From the NCBI RefSeq assembly GCF_963921235.1, contig NC_086098.1:155744001-155808000 (forward strand): DNA of 64,000 bases. The letters run 5' to 3'. Positions 60,120 through 64,000 of this stretch are shown one piece after another. The position numbers were made by a program, and so were the translations under genes. The stretch is from Mobula hypostoma. Lineage: Eukaryota. Below the pieces are notes generated by a model. That model was not told where the DNA came from, did no database searches, and saw only the letters and a program-made list of their open reading frames with translations. Numbering within the stretch: the stretch's first letter is position 1; the number at the start of each line of letters is the position of its first letter.

Positions 60120-61625
60120 TGTATAAACACATCAGGGCATTTAGAGGTTAAGGAGGAGGGAGTATTGGGCCTCCTAATGAGTATTAAGATGGATGCCCCA
60201 GGGTCTGCTGGAAGTTACCACAGGAAGGAGTCAGTAAAGGAGATGGCTGGGGCCTTGACCAGTATCTTCATGCCCGCTCTAGTCACAGGCGAGGTCCCGG
60301 AGTACAAGGGAATAGTTAATGTTGTACCTGTATTTAAGAAGGGAACTCGGTAAAATCCTAGGAATTAGTGAGCTTGATGTCCGTTGAAAGGAAATTGCTG
60401 GGAAAATTACTTCTGGATACGATATATTAGCATTTGGAAACGCGCAATCTAACTAAGGAAACCTAGCAAAGCTTTGTGCGTGGCAGCTCGTGCCTTGCCA
60501 AACTGATGGAGCTTTTTTGACAAGGTTACGAGAGAGATTGATAAGGATAGGGCAGTTGATGTCGTCTACATAGATTTTAGTAAGGTTTTTGACAAAGTCC
60601 CTCATGGCAGGTTACTCTAGAAGATTAGACATCATAGCGTCCATTGGCTGTTTGGATTCAGAACTGGCTTGCGCATAGAAGACAGATGGTAGTGGTTGAG
60701 CGGACTTACATGAGCCGGAGGTTTGTAATTAGTGGAGTTTCTCAGCGACCTCAGCTGCGACGTCTGCTGTTTTTGATGTATATAAATGACCTGGATGAAA
60801 ATGTAGATGGTTGCTTTAGTAAGTTTGAGGATGTTGCCAAGATTGGTGGAGCTGTGGGTGATTGAGAAGTGGCAGACGGAGCTTAAGCCGAATAAATGTA
60901 AGTTGTTGCATCTCGGTAGGAGGTAAGGAGACAGTACACTGTTAAGGACAGCATCCGTAGCAGTGTTGATGAGCAGAGAGGTCTTGGGAACCGTTCACAG
61001 CTCCTTGGAAGTGGCTTCACGGGTTCATAGGGTGGTTGAGAAGGCTTGTGGAATGCTTGCTTTTATTACTAGAGGCACCGAGTTTAAAAATCAGCAGATT
61101 GCAACTTTATAAAACTCTGGTTCGGCCACTTCTGGAGTACTGGATACAGTTCTGGTCGGCCCACGATAGGAAGCATGTTGAGGTTTTGGAAAGGGTACAG
61201 AAGAGCTTTATCAGGATACTGCCTGTATTAGAGGGCATGTGCTATTACGAGTGTTTTGATAAACTTGGGCTATTTTCCCTGGAGCGCAGAGGCTCCCGGG
61301 GCTGAAGTCTCTAATAAAAGAGGGCATGCATTGAATGTGAGATGGTGTATTTTCAAGGAGGATGTGAGGGTTAAGTTACTTACTCAGAGAGTTGTGGATG
61401 CCTCGAATGCGCTGCTTGGCATGATGGTAGAGGCAAATACATTCGAGGCCCCTAGACGTTTGGATGGGCACATGGATGTAAAGAGGATTGAGGGATATGG
61501 GCATGGTGTCGGTAGAAGTGATTCGTGTGTCGGCGTTTTTGATTTACTTATTAGTTGGTACAGCACAATATTCTGGGCCGAATGATCTGTCCTTTTACTG
61601 TATTCCTCAATGTTCAACGGTCTAT
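60120..61625 (+). mobile_element. Old degenerate CR1 LINE
   Basis: Decayed RT motifs (DFSKVFDKVP, LYKTLVRPLLEY). The 5' part is paralogous to 43340-43840. Confidence 0.8.
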
Positions 61626-61789
61626 GCCCTAGAAAAGCAAACGATGCCACAACCAGCATATTAGATCAATTTTTGGAAATCCTGTTACTTTCACCATAGA
61701 TATGCCTGGTTATGCCACTTAAAGAGCTAAGATGACGGGTTGGTGGTTATAGAACATGGTCATCCTCAACCATGGTGTCGTCTGTTATG

Positions 61790-63330
61790 GATGCTGAAGA
61801 GAACGTTGCAATACCCCGAACATTGTATGGTCAAACTTGCCTAGTGGACCGTACATTTTTCTCCGACCACACCCTTGCTTACGCCAGGTTTTGTTCACTT
61901 CCATTCAGTCCACGTGAGAACAAGAAATAGATGAGGACACTAGATACTGCAAAAACTCCAGCCAACAGTTTGTACTCCTCCATTTCTCGGACATCTACGT
62001 TCACTCCGTCTTCCCGCCACCCTGACGGCGATAGTGTTCCACCTGGCTTGACCTATCCCCCATGAGACACCGCAACCATCGCATCTTTCTCCGCACCTTC
62101 CGCCATGTTCAACGGGATACCACAAGCAACCACATCTTTATCCGCTGCCGGCACCCCGCTTTCATAGTGATCGCTCCCTCGCGAGTCCCTTGAACATTCC
62201 TCCATCCCCACTCAGCGCCCACCTGGCACGTACCTTTGTAGCAATCCGAGAGAGATGAATGCTACACATGCCCATTCAGCACCTTCTTCGCCTCCATTCA
62301 GGGCTCCAAACAGTCCTTCCAGGTGAGGCAACACATCATTTCTGAATCTGTTGGTGTCGCTATTGTATCTGGTAGTCCAGATGCGGCCTTCTCTAGATTT
62401 GTCAGACAAATTTCTCGAGTTCCACTGCTCCATCCGCCAAAAGCAGAAATTCCCAGTAGCTAAGCATTTTAATTCTTATCCCCATTCCCATTCAAACATG
62501 TTGGTCAGTGGCCTCCTCTTTTGTCACGACGAGGCCACTCTCAGTGTGGAGGTGCAGCAGCCCATAGTTTGACTCGGAAACCCCCAACTGCTTGCATGAG
62601 CATCGATTCCCCCTCCAGTAATTTTCCCTCCCTCTTCCCCCCTCTTCCCCATTCAGGCCTCTCGCCTCTTCTCCTCACCAGCCTATCACTTCCCGTGGTA
62701 CCCCTCCTTCTTCCTTTTCTCCTAAGGGATATTCTCCTCTCCTATCAGATTCCTTCTTCTCTCACCCTTTAACTTTCCCATCCCATGTCTTCATCTTTCC
62801 CCTTCCCCCATCTTCTTATTCTGGCGATTTCCTTCTTTCATTCCCAGTTTTGAAGAAAGATCTCGATCCTAAATGTCGACCGTGTATTCATAAACACAAA
62901 ATAATCTGCAGGCGCTGGGGTCAAAACAACACTCACAATACGCTGGAGGAACTCAGCAGGTCGGACAGCATCTGTGTAAAAGATCCTCCCTGATAGTTCC
63001 GCCTCCTTCTACTACCCATTGTGTTTTCCCCTATTCCTACTTCACCTTTCCTGCCTATCACCTCCCTTCTTCCCCTCCCCCACCCTTTTGTCTTTCCCCT
63101 TAATGGTTTTTCACCTGGAACTTACCAGTCTTCTCCTTCCTACCCTCCCCACCTTCATTATAGGGCCTCTGCCCCTTCCCTCTACAGTCCTGCCGGAAAC
63201 GTCGACCGATCTTTTCCACGGATGCTGCCCGACCTGCTGAGTTCCTCCAGCGTGTTGTGACCGTCTATTCATTTCCAGAGATGCTATCTGACCTGCTGGG
63301 ATCTAGCAATGATTTGTGTGTGTGGCTCAA
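61790..63330 (+). mobile_element. Decayed Penelope-like element with stacked and inverted terminal repeats
   Basis: Similar to 1200-2490 (GIY-YIG region, pyrimidine-rich 3' UTR); inverted terminus at about 62890-62985; truncated hammerhead at 63186-63206. Confidence 0.7.
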
Positions 63331-64000
63331 AGTTTATCATTTCAGATGCACTGAAAGATTTTTATCTGATTACGTTTTAACGTCCGTTAATGACAATGAC
63401 AGCTCAAAGGTGTATTCCAATTCTACCAGCACATTTCTTTCGAAGGTATGAAGGAACCCCTCCTTCAGAAGGTCTGTCCTGGTTCCATCATATAAATATA
63501 AGCGAAGAAACACGACAGCGCCTCTACTTCCTCAGGCGTCTGCAGAGATTCGGCATGTCATCGAAAACCTTGGCGAATTTCAATACATGTTTGGTGGAAA
63601 GTGTGCTGACTGCTTTACTGCCTTGTATGGGAAAAACAATACATTTGAGTGGAAAATCCTACAAAGGTTTGTGAATTCGGTGCAGTACCTCACGGGTAAA
63701 ATCCTCCCAACCATTGACCAGATCAAATTGAAACATTACCCCAGAGATTCATTATCAGAGATCTTCACTACCCAGGCCAAGCTCTTTTCACGCTGCTACT
63801 ATCAGGTAGAAGGTACAGGTGCCTCGAGACTCGCAACACCAGGTTTAAGAACAGCTACTACCCCTCAATCATCAGACTCTTGAACAATAGGGGATAACCA
63901 TACTCTTTTAAGGACTCTTTTATCGTGTTACTTCATGCTCATTATTTCTTGCAATTTATTTATTATCTCCATTTGCACAGTTTGTTTACAGTTTACAGTT
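63330..64000 (+). mobile_element. Rex1/Babar-like LINE 3' end
   Basis: RQRLYFLRRLQRFGMSSKTLANF..VESVLT motif and (tttacag)n tail. Confidence 0.8.

Larger units (their letters stand above)
43850..60620. repeat. Segmental duplicate of the cluster-1 unit (about 2496-21250)
   Basis: Colinear: old CR1, C exon, J-C intron, VJ, leader, promoter, spacer, plus-strand pseudo-C and 3' flank. Differs by copy-specific transposon insertions. Confidence 0.9.

Overview
Eukaryotic, repeat-rich genomic DNA from a cartilaginous fish (inferred from the Ig gene type and repeat families; probably a ray or skate). The window is part of an immunoglobulin light-chain multicluster locus. It holds two minus-strand lambda-type (shark type II/NS3-like) clusters with germline-joined VJ exons, 44.1 kb apart. 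Cluster 1 (leader 8392-8440, VJ 7920-8267, C 4625-4947) is intact, with octamer promoter, canonical splice sites and poly(A) signal. Cluster 2 (leader 52492-52540, VJ 52036-52368, C from 46728) is a pseudogene with five separate lesions. Three plus-strand orphan pseudo-C exons of a divergent light-chain C lineage (18058, 25432, 57449) each sit in a duplicated flanking unit with no recognisable V or J. The rest is segmental duplication and retroelements: CR1 LINEs (one near full length), Penelope-like elements whose termini carry minimal hammerhead ribozymes, Rex1/Babar, RTE and RNase H-bearing LINE fragments, tRNA-derived SINEs, solo LTRs, a Tc1 relic, a hAT MITE and a 14 x 52-bp minisatellite. 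All alignments were made by eye and no database searches were run, so family assignments and element boundaries are approximate.
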